This document shows, one piece after another, positions 25,436-41,362 of a stretch of DNA of 64,000 bases. The notes beneath the pieces are model-generated. The model made no database searches, was not told the origin of the DNA, and worked only from the letters and a program-made list of their open reading frames with translations. Source of the DNA: Scenedesmus sp. PABB004 (Eukaryota); NCBI GenBank assembly GCA_014905635.1, contig JABVCE010000012.1, positions 620,001 to 684,000 on the forward strand, in the 5' to 3' direction. Position 1 is the stretch's first letter, and each line of letters begins with the position of its first letter. The position numbers and the translations under genes were made by a program.

Positions 25436-26899
25436 ATGCTCACCGGCCGCCTGGCGGGCGCGCTGCTGTGGCAGAGCAGGCGACGCTGCTGCGGGGGACC
25501 ACCGGCGCCGCCTCCGGGCAGCTGCGCGCGGGCGCGGCCGCGCCGCAGCAGCAGCAGCAGCACGCCGGCGCGGCCGGCGGCGATGGCGACGTCCGCTGCA
25601 GCGGCGCCGGCGGAGCCGACGCGCATCGCGGTGGCCTTCAAGACGCCGGCGGCAGCTGAGGAGTTTGGGCAGGCCTTTGCGCTGGTGCGCGGGCGCCGCG
25701 GCCGCCCCCGCGCCGCACCGCGCCAGCGCGGCCCCGCGGGCCCACGCGCCACGCGCGCCGCCGCCGCCGCGGCCGCGCAGGCCGAGGGCTACGCCGACGT
25801 GCAGCTCTCGCCGGCGCCCGCGGGCGCGCCCGACGCGACGGCGGGCGCGGGCTTTGACGCGGGCGCCTTCTTCGCCGCGCTGCGGTCGTCGCGCATGGGC
25901 GCCGCGCTGCTCGCGGCGCGCGCGGTCGGGTCGACGCAGGAGTTTATGCGCGCCCACGTCGGCGTGCTGCCGGAGGGCGCCGTGCTCGTCGCGGCCGCGC
26001 AGACGCGCGGCAAGGGCCGCGGCGGCAACGTCTGGACGAGCCCGCCGGGGTGCCTCATGTTCACCGCGCTGCGCCGGCTCGTCGTGCCGAGCGCGCAGGC
26101 GCCGCTCATCAACTACGTCGTCTGCCTCGCCGCCGTGCGCGGCATCGCAGACGCGACGGCGCACCTCGTGCCGGTGCGCGCGCGCGTGGCGCGGCGCCGC
26201 GGCAGCGGCGCGCTCGCGCCACCGGCCGAGCGCCCCGCCGCGCGCTGCTGGCAGGGCGGGCTGGCGGTGCGCGTCAAGTGGCCCAATGATCTCTACCACG
26301 GCGGGCTCAAGGTCGGCGGCGCGCTCATCCACACGACCTGGTCGGCGGGGCGCTTTGCGGTGCTCACGGGCGTGGGCATCAACGTGAGCAACAGCGAGCC
26401 CACGACCTGCCTCGACGACATCCTCGCCGCGCAGCTCGCCGCCGCCGCGGCGCCGGGGCAGCAGGCGCAGCAGGCGCAGCAGGCGCAGCAGGCGGCGCAG
26501 CAGGCGCCGCAGCAGCAGCAGCAGGCGGCGGCGCAGCAGGCGGCGCCGGGCGGCGGCGGCGGCCTGGTGAGCAAGGAGCGGCTGCTCGCGGCGGTGCTGG
26601 GGCGGCTCGAGGAGTGCTTCGATGCGTTTGAGTCGGCCGGCTTTGAGCCGCTGCGCGACGCGTACCTCGCGAGCTGGCTGCACAGCGGGCAGGTCGTGGA
26701 GCTGGAGGAGCCGGACGGCGACGGCGCCGCCGCGGGCCTGCCGGGGGCGCGGCGCCGCGTGGCGCTGACCATCGCGGGGCTGAGCCCGTCCGGCTTCCTC
26801 CTCGCGCTCGACGCCGCCGGCGGCCGCTACGAGCTCACCCCCGACGGCAACAGCCTCGACATGATGGCGGGCCTGATCAGGAAGAAGCTGCCCGGCTGA
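25436..26899 (+). CDS. HCS1: Biotin-protein ligase / holocarboxylase synthetase
   Basis: GSTQE, QTRGKGRGGNVWTSPPGCLMFT, VKWPNDLY, KVGGALI, GVGINV, YELTPDGNSLDMMAGLIRKK; two introns. Confidence 0.93.
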   Translation: MLTGRLAGALLWQSRRRCCGGPPAPPPGSCARARPRRSSSSSTPARPAAMATSAAAAPAEPTRIAVAFKTPAAAEEFGQAFALVRGRRGRPRAAPRQRGPAGPRATRAAAAAAAQAEGYADVQLSPAPAGAPDATAGAGFDAGAFFAALRSSRMGAALLAARAVGSTQEFMRAHVGVLPEGAVLVAAAQTRGKGRGGNVWTSPPGCLMFTALRRLVVPSAQAPLINYVVCLAAVRGIADATAHLVPVRARVARRRGSGALAPPAERPAARCWQGGLAVRVKWPNDLYHGGLKVGGALIHTTWSAGRFAVLTGVGINVSNSEPTTCLDDILAAQLAAAAAPGQQAQQAQQAQQAAQQAPQQQQQAAAQQAAPGGGGGLVSKERLLAAVLGRLEECFDAFESAGFEPLRDAYLASWLHSGQVVELEEPDGDGAAAGLPGARRRVALTIAGLSPSGFLLALDAAGGRYELTPDGNSLDMMAGLIRKKLPG

Positions 26900-26964
26900 C
26901 GCTGCCATCGGTGGCGGCGCTCGAGCGCGCGGGTCTCGCGTCGAACGAACAGACGTGACGTCCG

Positions 26965-26969
26965 TGTAA
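26965..26969 (+). terminator. TGTAA chlorophyte poly(A) signal
   Basis: TGTAA about 65 nt after the biotin-ligase stop codon. Confidence 0.6.
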
Positions 26970-27073
26970 CGGTCGCGACGCGCCGTGCCGCACAGCGTCG
27001 CGCACCAGCGCAGCTCGTGTCCCCGCACTCCCCCGCACCGCCCGGCCGCCGCCGCCGCCAGCCAGCCGCGGCG

Positions 27074-29283
27074 ATGTACGCGCCGCGCGCCGCGCAGCCC
27101 GAATGGGGCGGCGACGAGCGCACCGAGCACCTCGAGGTCGCCTACCACGATGACGGCCTGCAGGCGTCGCTGGCGACGGCGCTGACGCCCCGGGCGCCGC
27201 GGGAGCCGCGCGCCGCGCCCGGCGGCGCGGCGGGTGCGGCGGCGCGGCCGGCGCGCAGCGCGACAGCGCCGCGACGCGGCCCGCCGCGCCCAGCCCGCGC
27301 CCCGCCGCGGCGCTCCGCGCAGGCCAGCGCCCCGACCTCAGCGCCCACGGCGCCTGGGGCGAGCACGGGCCGCCGTCGCCGCCCTCGCCCGCGGCAGCAG
27401 CGGACGGCGGCGGCGTGGCGCTGCTGCTCGGCGACCTGCACCACCTCACGCAGGCCGGCACCGGCCAGAACGCCTGGCAGCCCCATGGAGACGGGGTGGG
27501 TCCCCGTGCGGCCGCGCGCCCGCGAGCTGCTGCTGCCGCCGCGGGGCAGCGCGCTGCCGCCGCGCTCGGCGGCGCCGGCGGACGGGCACCAACCGCCGCC
27601 ACCGCCACCGGCGCCGCCGACGCAGGAAGCCCCAGCAGCAGAAGCAGCAGCAGCAGCAGCCGGCGCCGGCGCGGGTGCGGCGGCGGTGCTGGACGCCAAC
27701 CGGCGCATGCTGGCGGGCCTGCTGGAGCGCCGGCGGACGCCGCCGCCGCAGCAGCCGCAGCAGCAGCCACAGCAGCAGCCCCAGTGCGGCCCGGGGTCGC
27801 TGTCGCAGTTGCTCGCGGCGCAGCACGAGCAGCCGCCGGCCGCCAAGCCGCGCGCGCGGCAGCAGCCGGCGGCGGCGCAGGGCCAGCGGCGCAGCAGCGC
27901 GGCGCTCAGCACGCCGCAGAGCCAGGCGGCGGGCCCCAAGAAGAAGCCTCGCTTTGTGATCAGGGACACGCCGCCGACCGGCGCAACGCAGGGCGCGGCT
28001 GCAGGCGCGGCGGCTCCGGCGGCGCCCGCGCCGGCGCCGCCCGCCGGCACGGCGGGGCAGCCGAGCGGCGCCGCGATGGCCGCGCTGCTGGGTGGCAGCG
28101 GGCCCACGCCGGGGCGGGCGCGGCAGCAGCCCGCCCGCGCCGAGGGCGGCGCGCACGAGCCCGGCAGCAGCCGCACGCCGCGGCCGGGCAGGCAGCAGCA
28201 GCCGGAGGCGGGCCTCGGCGCGCTGTTTGCGACGCCGCGGTTCTCCACCACCAAGCCCTCCGGCAGGGCGGGCAGGAGCGGCGCCGCGCCCAGCCCCGCG
28301 GCGACGCCCACGCCGCAGCCGCGCGGCGGCGGCAGCGCGGGCCGGCGGCCGCCCAGCGGCGGCGCGCCGCGGCCCATGGACGTGGACGGCCGGTGCGTCG
28401 CCGGCGGCCTTGGCGGGGCGGTCGTGCCGGCTGCGCTGTTCTCGGACGACGACGACGCAGCGCAGCGCGGCGAGGCGCAGCAGCACCTGCAGGACGGCGG
28501 CGCAGGCGGGGCGGCGGGCGCGGCCATCACGCCGCCGCCGGACGGCGCGGCGCCGCGCGGCGACGGCGGCGGCGCCGGCGCCGGCGCGCGGCGGCGCCGC
28601 AGCAGCGTGTCCAACCCGCTGGCGCTCATGAGCGAGCAGCGCGCGCGGCAGGCGCACTTCCTGCAGGCGCTGCCGGCCACCGCGCCGCGCACGCCCGTCA
28701 GCGCGCTGGCCGACGCGCTCGCGCAGGACGGCGGGCGCGGGCTCGCGCTGCCGCCCGGCAGCAGCCTGGCCAAGGCCATGGCCCAGCTCACGGCGCTGCA
28801 GCGCGAGCAGCAGGAGCGGCTGGCCGAGGACGCGCACGGCGTCGGCGGCGGCGCGCAAGGTGGGGCGGCGTTTGCTTGCGCCGGCGCGCGCGCGCGCCCG
28901 GCGGGCCGCCCCTCCGCGCGCGCCTGCCGACCGCCGCGCCGCCGCCGCCGCCCGTCGCAGGCCTGCTCGACCTGGTGGTGTCGAGCCGGCAGCTGGAGGC
29001 GCACATGGTCAAGTGCCTCTGCCGCGTGTGCGCGCTCCACCCGCCGCCCGCGGCGCAAACGCAGGCGGTGCCGGCGTCGCAGCAGGCGGCGGCGCAGGCG
29101 TCGACGCAGCACGCGGCGGGCACGGCGCTGTTCCTGTTTGTGCAGTCCAAGGCCGCGTGGACCGCGGTGGACCTGCGCCCGGGGCACGTCGTGCGCGTGC
29201 ACGCGCCCTGGCACGAGGTGTCGCTCGGCGACGGGCAGCCCGCGGTCGTGGTCGCACACCTGCTGAGCCAGCCGCCGGCGTGA
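27074..29283 (+). CDS. Low-complexity protein with C-terminal OB-fold-like domain, tentatively SPIDR-like
   Basis: Long P/A/Q/S-rich exon with a PKKKPRF NLS-like motif. Last exon LFLFVQSKAAWTAVDLRPGHVVRVHAPWHEVSL..VVVAHLL resembles the VRIxPPW segment of SPIDR-type OB folds (recalled, not searched). Confidence 0.5.
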
Positions 29284-29313
29284 ACTGGCCTGGCGCGCGA
29301 GTGCGGTGACGAG

Positions 29314-29318
29314 TGTAA
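29314..29318 (+). terminator. TGTAA poly(A) signal
   Basis: TGTAA about 30 nt after the stop at 29283. Confidence 0.6.
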
Positions 29319-29494
29319 TCGTCGGCGGCAGAGAGAGCGCGGGGGACGCCGCCAGCGGGTGCCGCAATTACCTGCCGCCGCTCTCGGCAAAAGAAAAGGG
29401 TGTGCAGTTTGACACGACCGCGCCTGCCTAGGCCTCCCGCCGCCGCCGCCGCCCGAAGCACCCGCGGACCATCCCGCCCCAGGCACGCCCGCGC

Positions 29495-31221
29495 TCACCG
29501 CGCGCCGCCGCCGCCGCCGCCGCCGCCCCAGGCGCCCCAGCGCCGCAGGCGCCGCCGCCGCCCCGCGGCGCCGCCGCTGCCGGCCGCGGCGGGCGTGCTG
29601 AGCCAGGGGTGCCCCGGCGGCACCCAGATCGCGTCGCCGCCGCGCACGTACGGCTCGAGCGCGGGCGGCTGCGTGTAGCCGAGCGACTTGAGGTAGTCGG
29701 CGATGCTAAAGGCCAGCACCTCGGGCGGCACCGACAGCGTCTTGGCGACCGCGTCGGCCATAAAGTCGGCGTTGGTCTCAAACGCGACGACCGGCTTGTT
29801 GCGCTTGATCGTGTCGCGCGCGCCGTAGAACATCAGCTTCTCCGCGCCCTGCACGTCGACCTTGATGAGGCTCACGCCGGTGAGGTTGAGCGAGTCGAGC
29901 GCGATCGCGCGCACGGGCTCGCCGCCCGCGCCGAGGTGCATGCCGCCGTAGTTGATCGTCGTCTTGCCGTCGAGCTCCGTGTACGACTTGCCGACGTGCG
30001 TGCCGTCGGGCACGGTCGCCGACATCGCGAGCTCGCCGGGGCCGTACGAGAGCGCGACGTTCTTGGGCGCGATGTGGAGCAGGCCGTTGACCATCATGTT
30101 CGTGCAGAGCAGCTGGCACAGTTGTTGTTGTTGTGTGTGTGTGTGGAGGGGGGGGGGGCACCGTGAGCGCGGCGCGGCGACTCGGGGCGTCCCACGCGCG
30201 CCCGCGCTGCACGCCGCGCGCCGTCACGCACCTGGAACATGCGCGCCTGGGGTTCAAAGCTGAACACGCGGCCGGTCGGGCCCGCCGCGGCGGCGAAGAA
30301 GATGGAGAACGACCCAAAGTTGGCGCCCGCGTCGACGACGGTCGAGCCGGGGCTGATAAAGTCCATGAGCTGCCCCAGCAGCTCCGCCTGGAACGGCGTG
30401 CCCTGGGCCAGGATGTGCGCGCCGACGTACTCGCTGCGCGGCGCACGGGCACGCGGGCGCGCGGGCGCGGGCGGCGTCGGTCGGGGCGCACGGCGCGCGG
30501 CGGGCGGGGGCGCGCGGCGCGGGGCGGGGGCGCGCGGCGCGGCGCGGCGCCGCGCACTCGTTGGACATGGCCACCACGGTGAGCGTGTGGCCCTTGAAGT
30601 CGATGGCCCGCGACTTGACGAGCCCCGCCGACACGCCCTCGACCGCCGCCGCGGCGCGGTGCGGGCGCATGTGGCGGCGGCGCAGCAGCGCGCCGAGCGC
30701 GGGCGGCGCGCCGCCGTCGCCGCCCGCGGCGGCGTGCCCGGCCAGGCGCGCCGCGACCGACGCGAGGTCGGCGGCGAGCTGCAGGATGCTGCCGCTGCTG
30801 CTGCTGCTGCCGCCGCCCGCGGCGTCGCCGGCGGCGACGCCGCTGCCGCCGACGACGATGCCGTCGCCGCCCGCCTCGCCCGCGCGCAGGTGCCGGCGGC
30901 GCGCGCACTCGTCGACCAGCCTGCGGGGCGCGCGGAGGCGGCGGAGGCGGGCTCAGCAGTGGCGGCGACGGCCGGCGGCCGCGCGGAGCGGCCCTGCCGC
31001 GGGGCGGCGGCGCTCGCTGCTGCGCCCGCCCGCCGCGCGCGCCCCCCGCGGCGCCGGCCTCACCGCTGCGACGACGCCAGCCGCCTGCTGGGGGGCGCGT
31101 CCGTCACCGCCAGGGCGTGATGGGGGGCGCCCGGTGCCGCGGCTGCGCGTGAGGGCGCCGCGCTGCTGCAGAGCGCGAGCAGCACCAGCGCCAGCGCGAG
31201 CGACCGGCCCGTCCCGGCCAT
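29495..31221 (-). CDS. FkbM-family SAM-dependent methyltransferase with signal peptide
   Basis: MAGTGRSLALALVLLALCSSA N-terminus; VVDAGANFGSFS, VFSFEPQ, NYGG, LDSLNLTGVSLIKVDVQGAE, GARDTIKRNKPVVAFE. Confidence 0.88.
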
Positions 31222-32257
31222 GGCGTGCTACTGCCGCTGCTGCCGAGACCGCCGAGCACGCGACCGGCCCGCGGGGAGCGCAGGGAGCCCAGGGGGGGCG
31301 GGTGATGGCAACCACCGCGGCCGCGAGCTGGGGGTGGGGCTGGCGGCAGACGTGGGGCTGCGAACGGAGGTGAGCGGCGCGATTGACTGGCGGCCGGCGC
31401 CGAGGCGTCGGGGCTGCAGCACCCGCCGCGGACCTCCAGGTTCAGCGGCAGCAGCTGCTGCGGCGCCTCTCCGGGCCCGACCCCCGATGCCGTCAGGCGC
31501 CGTGCGGCGGCGCGCGAGCACCGCCGCCGCAGCGCCGGCGCGCGCGCGCGGCGCGCCGTCCGAGCCGCCAACCGCCGCGCTGCGCCGCCGGGCTGGGCTG
31601 AGCGGGCGGGGGCGGGCCAGGACTGCGTCGGGCGCGCTGCCGTGCGGCGTCAGCGGCCAACGGTCGCGCGTTCGGTTGACCCGAAATGAAGGAATGGGTG
31701 TGTGCGTGTGGGATGATCATCGTCATCATCATCACGCAAGGCCTGCCTGGCCCGGCGCGCAATGCACAGCCGAGAAGAGAAGGGATGAGGGCAGCAGGCG
31801 TGATCGGTGAGGCCCCCGAGGACAGGCCCCCTCCTATGCACACGCCACAACTACATGCACACGCCGTCGCGAGGCTCCCGACTACTCGAAAAAACAACCC
31901 CCCCACTCGGGGAGTCAAGTGCCGTGTGTGTGCGTGTGCCTGCCTGTCTGTGCACGGCAGCGCAGTGCGTGCGCGCGCGCGGCGCGGCCGCGCCCTCGTT
32001 CGAACAGCCGCGCCCGCGCATCGTTTTCGGCCCCCCCGTGCGCGCGCGGCGCCGGCGCCCGCCGCCGGCGGCGGCGCTGCGGGGCTGGGGCGCGGCGACG
32101 CGGCGGCCTGGCGCGGCGCGCCACTGAGCCGCCGCGGCGTCCGCATGCAGCCCGCGCGCCGCCGCCGGCCGGCGCGCAGCGCCGCGCGCGCGCGGGGGCC
32201 CTCTGCCTGCCCCGCCCCGTCCGCGCCCAATCACGGCCGCCACGCTCCCGTGAAAAC

Positions 32258-36219
<3,962 letters not shown>

Positions 36220-36642
36220 GGCTCCGACGCAGCCGCGGCGCCGGCCATCCGTCCAAGCAAGGGCAGAAGGCCCGCCCGGCCTCTCAGCGGCGGCCGCGAG
36301 CCCGAACGCGGTGCCGGGCGCTGCGGCGGCGTCAAATGGGTTATGTCCGCGCCGGCCGGCGTCCGCGGTGGCTGCTGGGAGCAGCGGGAGCAGCGGGGAA
36401 GAAGCTCCCAGGTGTGCCGCGTCGGGGGCGTTGTTCGGGGCGCTCAGGACGCGCGTCGTGAAACAGGCGCGGGTCTGGCGGAGCGGCGGGGCGGCGGAGG
36501 CCAAGGGCGAGGGAAGGGGGTCGGCCATCGTGGTTTTTGGCCAGGCCCCGCGCACGCAGCCATCCGGCGCCGTCCGCGCGTCCCTCGGCGACCTGCCAGC
36601 GTCGACGGCGTGCCGTGCCGCCGCGGCCCGGCGGCGCGGCGG

Positions 36643-36725
36643 CACCGGGCGCGCGCTGCGCCGCTCACGCCAGGCGCACGTCCACCGGGCGCGCGCTGCG
36701 CCGCTCACGCCAGGCGCACGTCCAC
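36643..36725. repeat. Exact 40-bp tandem duplication spanning the GH30 stop codon
   Basis: caccgggcgcgcgctgcgccgctcacgccaggcgcacgtc at 36643 and 36683. Confidence 0.95.
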
Positions 36726-38925
36726 GCGCAGCAGGCTGCGCGGCGGCGCCTCCACCAGCAGCGGCGCCTCGCCGGGCGCGACCCAGAGGTCCAGCGTCTG
36801 CGTCGCCGCGCCCGCGTCGCCCGCGGCCTCGGCCGGCGCCGGCGCGAGGCCGTCGACCGCCAGCACCTGCGCCTGCACGCGCACGCCGCCCACGCGCGCG
36901 CCGCCCGCCGCCGGGGCCGCCGCCGCCGGGGCCGGGGCCGTCGCCGCGGCGGCGGCCTGCCACGCCTCGGCGTCGAGCGCGAGCACCGCCGGCGCGGCGC
37001 CGGGGTTGACGTGCGCGACCACCCAGTGCCGGGGCGTGTGCTGCGCCGCAAACCCGCGCGGCGCGAGGCCGGGCAGCGCCGCCACGCGGCAGCCGGGCGG
37101 CAGGCAGGCGGCGAGGAAGCGGAGGACGAAGAAGTTGGGGTGCACCGTGACCGCGGGCGGCGCGGCGTCGCCGGCGCCGTTGTCGCCGGCGCCGCCGCCC
37201 GCGTCGCCGCCCCCGTCGCCGCCGGCGCGCCGCCGCGCGGCCGCGGCGTCGAGGTCCACCTCCAGCAGCCCCCACCCGGCGCCGACGGCCTCGACAGCCT
37301 GCCAGTACACCCACGCCGCGGGGCGCAGCGTCGCGACGTCGCGCACGACGTGCGCCGCGAGCACGAGCGGCCCGCGCCCGCTGCCCATCTCCGACACCCA
37401 CACCGCCTTGCGCCGCGCCGCGGCGGCGCGCGCGAGGCGCCGCCGCGCGAGCGCGTTGTCCTGCGCCCACAGCAGCGGCTTGAAGGGTCGGTCGAAGAAG
37501 TGTTCGCTGCTGTAGGTGTGGACGTTGACCCGCGCGAGCGCGGCCCACAGCTCGCGCGGCGTGAGCGCCAGGCGCGCGAGCGAGTCGGCGACGCAAAACT
37601 CCTCAAAGCCCGCGAGCGGCACGCCCGCGAGGCGCGGGTGCGCCGCCAGCGCGCGCAGCACCTGCGGCGGCGGGGTGGGCCCCAGCTCAGCGGCGCGGCG
37701 CGCCGAGGCCGCCGGCCCGCCCGCGCAGCAGCCGCGGACGCCCGCCCGCCCGCGCCGACCTGGTGCGCGCGGCGCCTGCTGAAGTAGCAGCCCTCCTGCT
37801 TGCAGCCGACCCTGGCGCGCCACGGAGCGCGGCGGCGCGGGTCGGCCAGCGCGGCGCCGGCGGCCCGGCGCCGGCCACCGCCCGGTGCCGCGCCCCGCCG
37901 CGCAGCGCCGCGCGCGCGCCTGAGGTTCCACGCGGGGCTGGCGGGTTCGTTGAATGGCGACACGCTCGCGAGCTTGATGCCGAGGTCGCCCGCCAGGAAG
38001 GCCGCAGCGTCGGCGACAAACCCGGCAAACGCGTCGACGTTTGCCCCCGGCAGGTTGTTGGCCAGCGGCAGCGCCGCGCCCCTTGGCGGCGGCGGCGCGG
38101 GTTGAGCGCGGCGGGCCCGTCGATGCGCCGTGCAGGGCATGCTGCCGCTGCGGCGGCAGGGGGCGCGCAGCGCGCGGGCGGCGCCACCAGCGGTGGCGCG
38201 CGCGCACCGCGACGTGCCGCTCTTGGTCCAGAACCAGGGCGGGGAGTTCACAAACGCCTCAACGAGCATGCCGTCCGCCGCGCCCTGCTCCTGGCTGCGC
38301 TGCCGCAGCGCCTCGCGCAGCACCGCCAGCTGCGCGGCGTCGGCGTCCCTGCGCGCGCGCGCGGCGCCGCGCCGCGCTCGCCGCGGGCGACCCACCCCGC
38401 ACACACCCGCTGGCGTCCCGCGGCCCCCCACGGCCCCGCGCGCCGGCGGCAGCCCGCACACCAGTCGTAGCTCCCGCTCGGCCGCCGGCAGCAGGGCACC
38501 GCGCCGCCCGTCCGGTACTCCGCGGCCTCGTCCTGGTTGGCGCCGCCTGCGCGCGCGGCGCGCAGCGCGGCCGCCGGGTGCAGGTGTGTGCGGGGCGGGT
38601 CGCCGGTGCCGCCGGTGCCGCCGGCGCTGCCAAGGCCAGCTCGCCGCCGCCGCCGCCGCCGGCGCGTCGGCGGCCAGCACTCGCCGATGTTGTAGCGAAC
38701 GATATTGAGGCCCAGCCCGCCCTCCGCGCCGCGCGCAAACAGCAGACGACAGAGGCGCCGCGTGAGGCCGGCGTCGCCGCCGACTGCGTGCGCCCACCAC
38801 GCCAGCGACGTGCCCCAGCCCTGCCACGCCACCGCGTCGGGGCCGGGCCCGGCGGCAGGCAGCACCACCGCCGCCGCGCGCGGCGGGCGCGGGCTGCCGC
38901 CGTGCAGGCAGCCGCAGCGCGCCAT
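36705..38925 (-). CDS. Glycoside hydrolase family 30 (endo-beta-1,6-galactanase-like)
   Basis: WQGWGTSLAWWA, LGLNIVRYNIG, EAFVNSPPWFWTKSG, SVSPFNEP (acid/base), KQEGC, NVHTY, VWVSEMG (nucleophile), AWVYWQAVE, WGLL. Confidence 0.88.
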
Positions 38926-40830
38926 GCCCAGCGCGTCCCTGCCTCCCTCCTTCCCTCTCTGTCTCTCTGTCTTTCTGTGTCTGCGCCGAGCGCGCGCCCT
39001 TTGCCGCGCGCCGCTGCTGCCTGCGGTGACGCCGCAGGCTGCAGCGGACCGCTCGCCGCGACTGCGCTTTTCTCACGCGGGTACGCCCCTCGCGAGTACG
39101 ACAGAACGAAGCAGCGGCGCGGGCTGACGGGCAGTGATTGGCGGGCAGCGGCGCCGACGCCGGCAGCAGCTGCGCACTGCTGTTGGGCCGCGGGCGCCTG
39201 ACGTTGCGTAGCGGAGAGCTGTCAGCGGTGTGAGAACGGCGGTGTGGGGAGCGGGGAGCGGCCACGAGCTGCGCCTGGTCGTCGTCGACTGTGCGGACGG
39301 GCGTCGACGCAGTCCGCCGAGCTGCCGCGCGTCCATGCATCGTCATTTCACCCCAACCCCCCGCCGCACGCGGCGGGGCACATAGAGTCTAGTGTTGAGT
39401 TGTGCAGGCACGCCACACCACAGCAAGGCGCGCGCCGCGTGGCGCGCGCGATCCAGCGACCGCTCCAGCGCCCAGCAGGCATGGCCCGCGCCGGCATGGG
39501 GATGTGGGGTGTCTTGACGCCCCCGATCCCACCACCACTGCCCCCGCCGCCGCAGTTTGGCGCCCACAGCAACACCGGCCCGCGGCGGCGCCGCCATGAC
39601 CGTGCGCTGCGGGCGTACATAGATGTGAAGAGGCACGACCGCGAACCAAACGGGGACAAGAGCAGGCAAGTAAGCTCGGCTGTACGCCAGCATTTTGTGG
39701 TGTGGTGAGGGTGGCGCACGCCCCACATGGACGGGCCCCCCGCAGGCCGCTGCCGGCGCGGCGGACGCCGCGGGCGCGGCAGAGCTAGTGCGCGAGGGAC
39801 GCGCGCGCAACCAGGCTGCATCGCGGCACGCTCAGGGGCTGCACGGTCTGCGGTCTTGTCTCGTGTCAGCCAGGGCGGGGCCGCGCGCGCCCTCCGGGGC
39901 GCCGCATAGCACACCGCAACGCCCGGGAGGAGAGCCCCAGAAGAGCAGTGCGCGCCGAGGGTTCGACGCCAGGCAAGGAAGGCAGCCCCCAGGGCGGGCG
40001 CCGAGGCGCCCGCCCGCAGGGCCGCACCCCGGCGGCGGCAATGAGGCAGACTTGAGACAGCGGGCGGGCAGCGGGGTGTCGCGCGCCGCAAGGAAGCAAA
40101 CGTGGCACGCGCACAGAGACACACACACAGAGTCGCACACACGCCATCGCCGGGGACGGCTCTGCAATCAATGATGATGCGCGCTGGTGTGCCGCCAGCG
40201 GGAGCCCCCAGCCCGGCACGCGCGCGAGCGCGCGGCATGCCCCCTGCATGCATGCGGGGCGAGCTCGAGGTTTCGCTCCGAGCACGACGCGCCCGCTCGG
40301 GCGCCGAGCCAATACGCTCCCCCGTCTCAGGCCGCACACGCAAGGCTTTTCCCGGTGCCCGATGAGCCGCGCGCGCCTGGCGGCGGCGGCGTCACACCCC
40401 CGCGCGCCCTCAAGGCGCCCCCCCCCCCCAGCAGCAGCAGCGGCACGGCGACAGAGGGCACACAGCCCAGCAGTGCGCCAGTGCTTGCCAGCACGCCGGC
40501 GTGCGACACCCCCGGCCCCGCAGCCGTGCGGGGGCAAGCTGCGCAAGAAGGGGCAGGCTCCGAAACCAAGAGCGCGCCGCGCAGCCCCGCGGGGCGAGGC
40601 TGTGCGCGAGGCCCGGCGTTCAAGTTCCACGCGTGTGCAGGGCTAGACGCATGCACGCCGTGCGCAAAGTCAAAAGCGCTCCACGCAGGCGCGGAGGGAG
40701 GGGTTTTCTTTTTTGGTTTTGTGTGCATGCGGCAGCTGCCCCGGCGCCAGCACGCCCCGGCCGCCGCGCCCGCCGTCTGCGCGGCGGGCCGGCGCTCCTT
40801 TTTGTTCTTTTTGCACTCCGTTCACTCCTT

Positions 40831-41329
40831 TCACTGAAACTGGCCCTGGAACGCGTACCCCGTGTCTGGGTCGATCATCAGCCCCTGCTGGTAGATCAGC
40901 TGCTGCTGCTGCTGCTGCTGCTGGGGCTCCGCCGGGCCGCCGCCGTAGAGGCCCGGCGGCTCCGCGGTGCCGCCGAGGCCTGCCTGCTGCCCGTATTGCT
41001 GCACGCCCGGCAGCATGTAGACGCCACCGCCGCCGCCGCCAGCGATGTCTTGCTGGACCTGGATGCCCATGCCGGCCGACACCGGCGCGTACCCGCCGCC
41101 GCCGTACTGCTGCGGCGCCGCGCTGCCAAATGCCGCGTGCTGCGCCTGGCCGCCGGCGGGGAGCATGCCCGGGGGCAGCACGTACATGCCGCCGCTGTGC
41201 GGCTGCGGCTGCGGCTGCGGCTGCGGCTGCGGCTGCTGCTGCTGCATCTGCTGCTGGCCGTGCTGCTGCTGCATCATCTGCATCACCAGCTCAGACGGCT
41301 GCTGGTGCTGCTGGTGCTGCTGCAGCACG

Positions 41330-41362
<33 letters not shown>

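Noticed and set aside
38930..40830. ORFs in the 1.9-kb gap between the GH30 and OPR-like genes
   Set aside because: No recognisable motifs or exon-like codon bias; composition fits a 3' UTR plus promoter.
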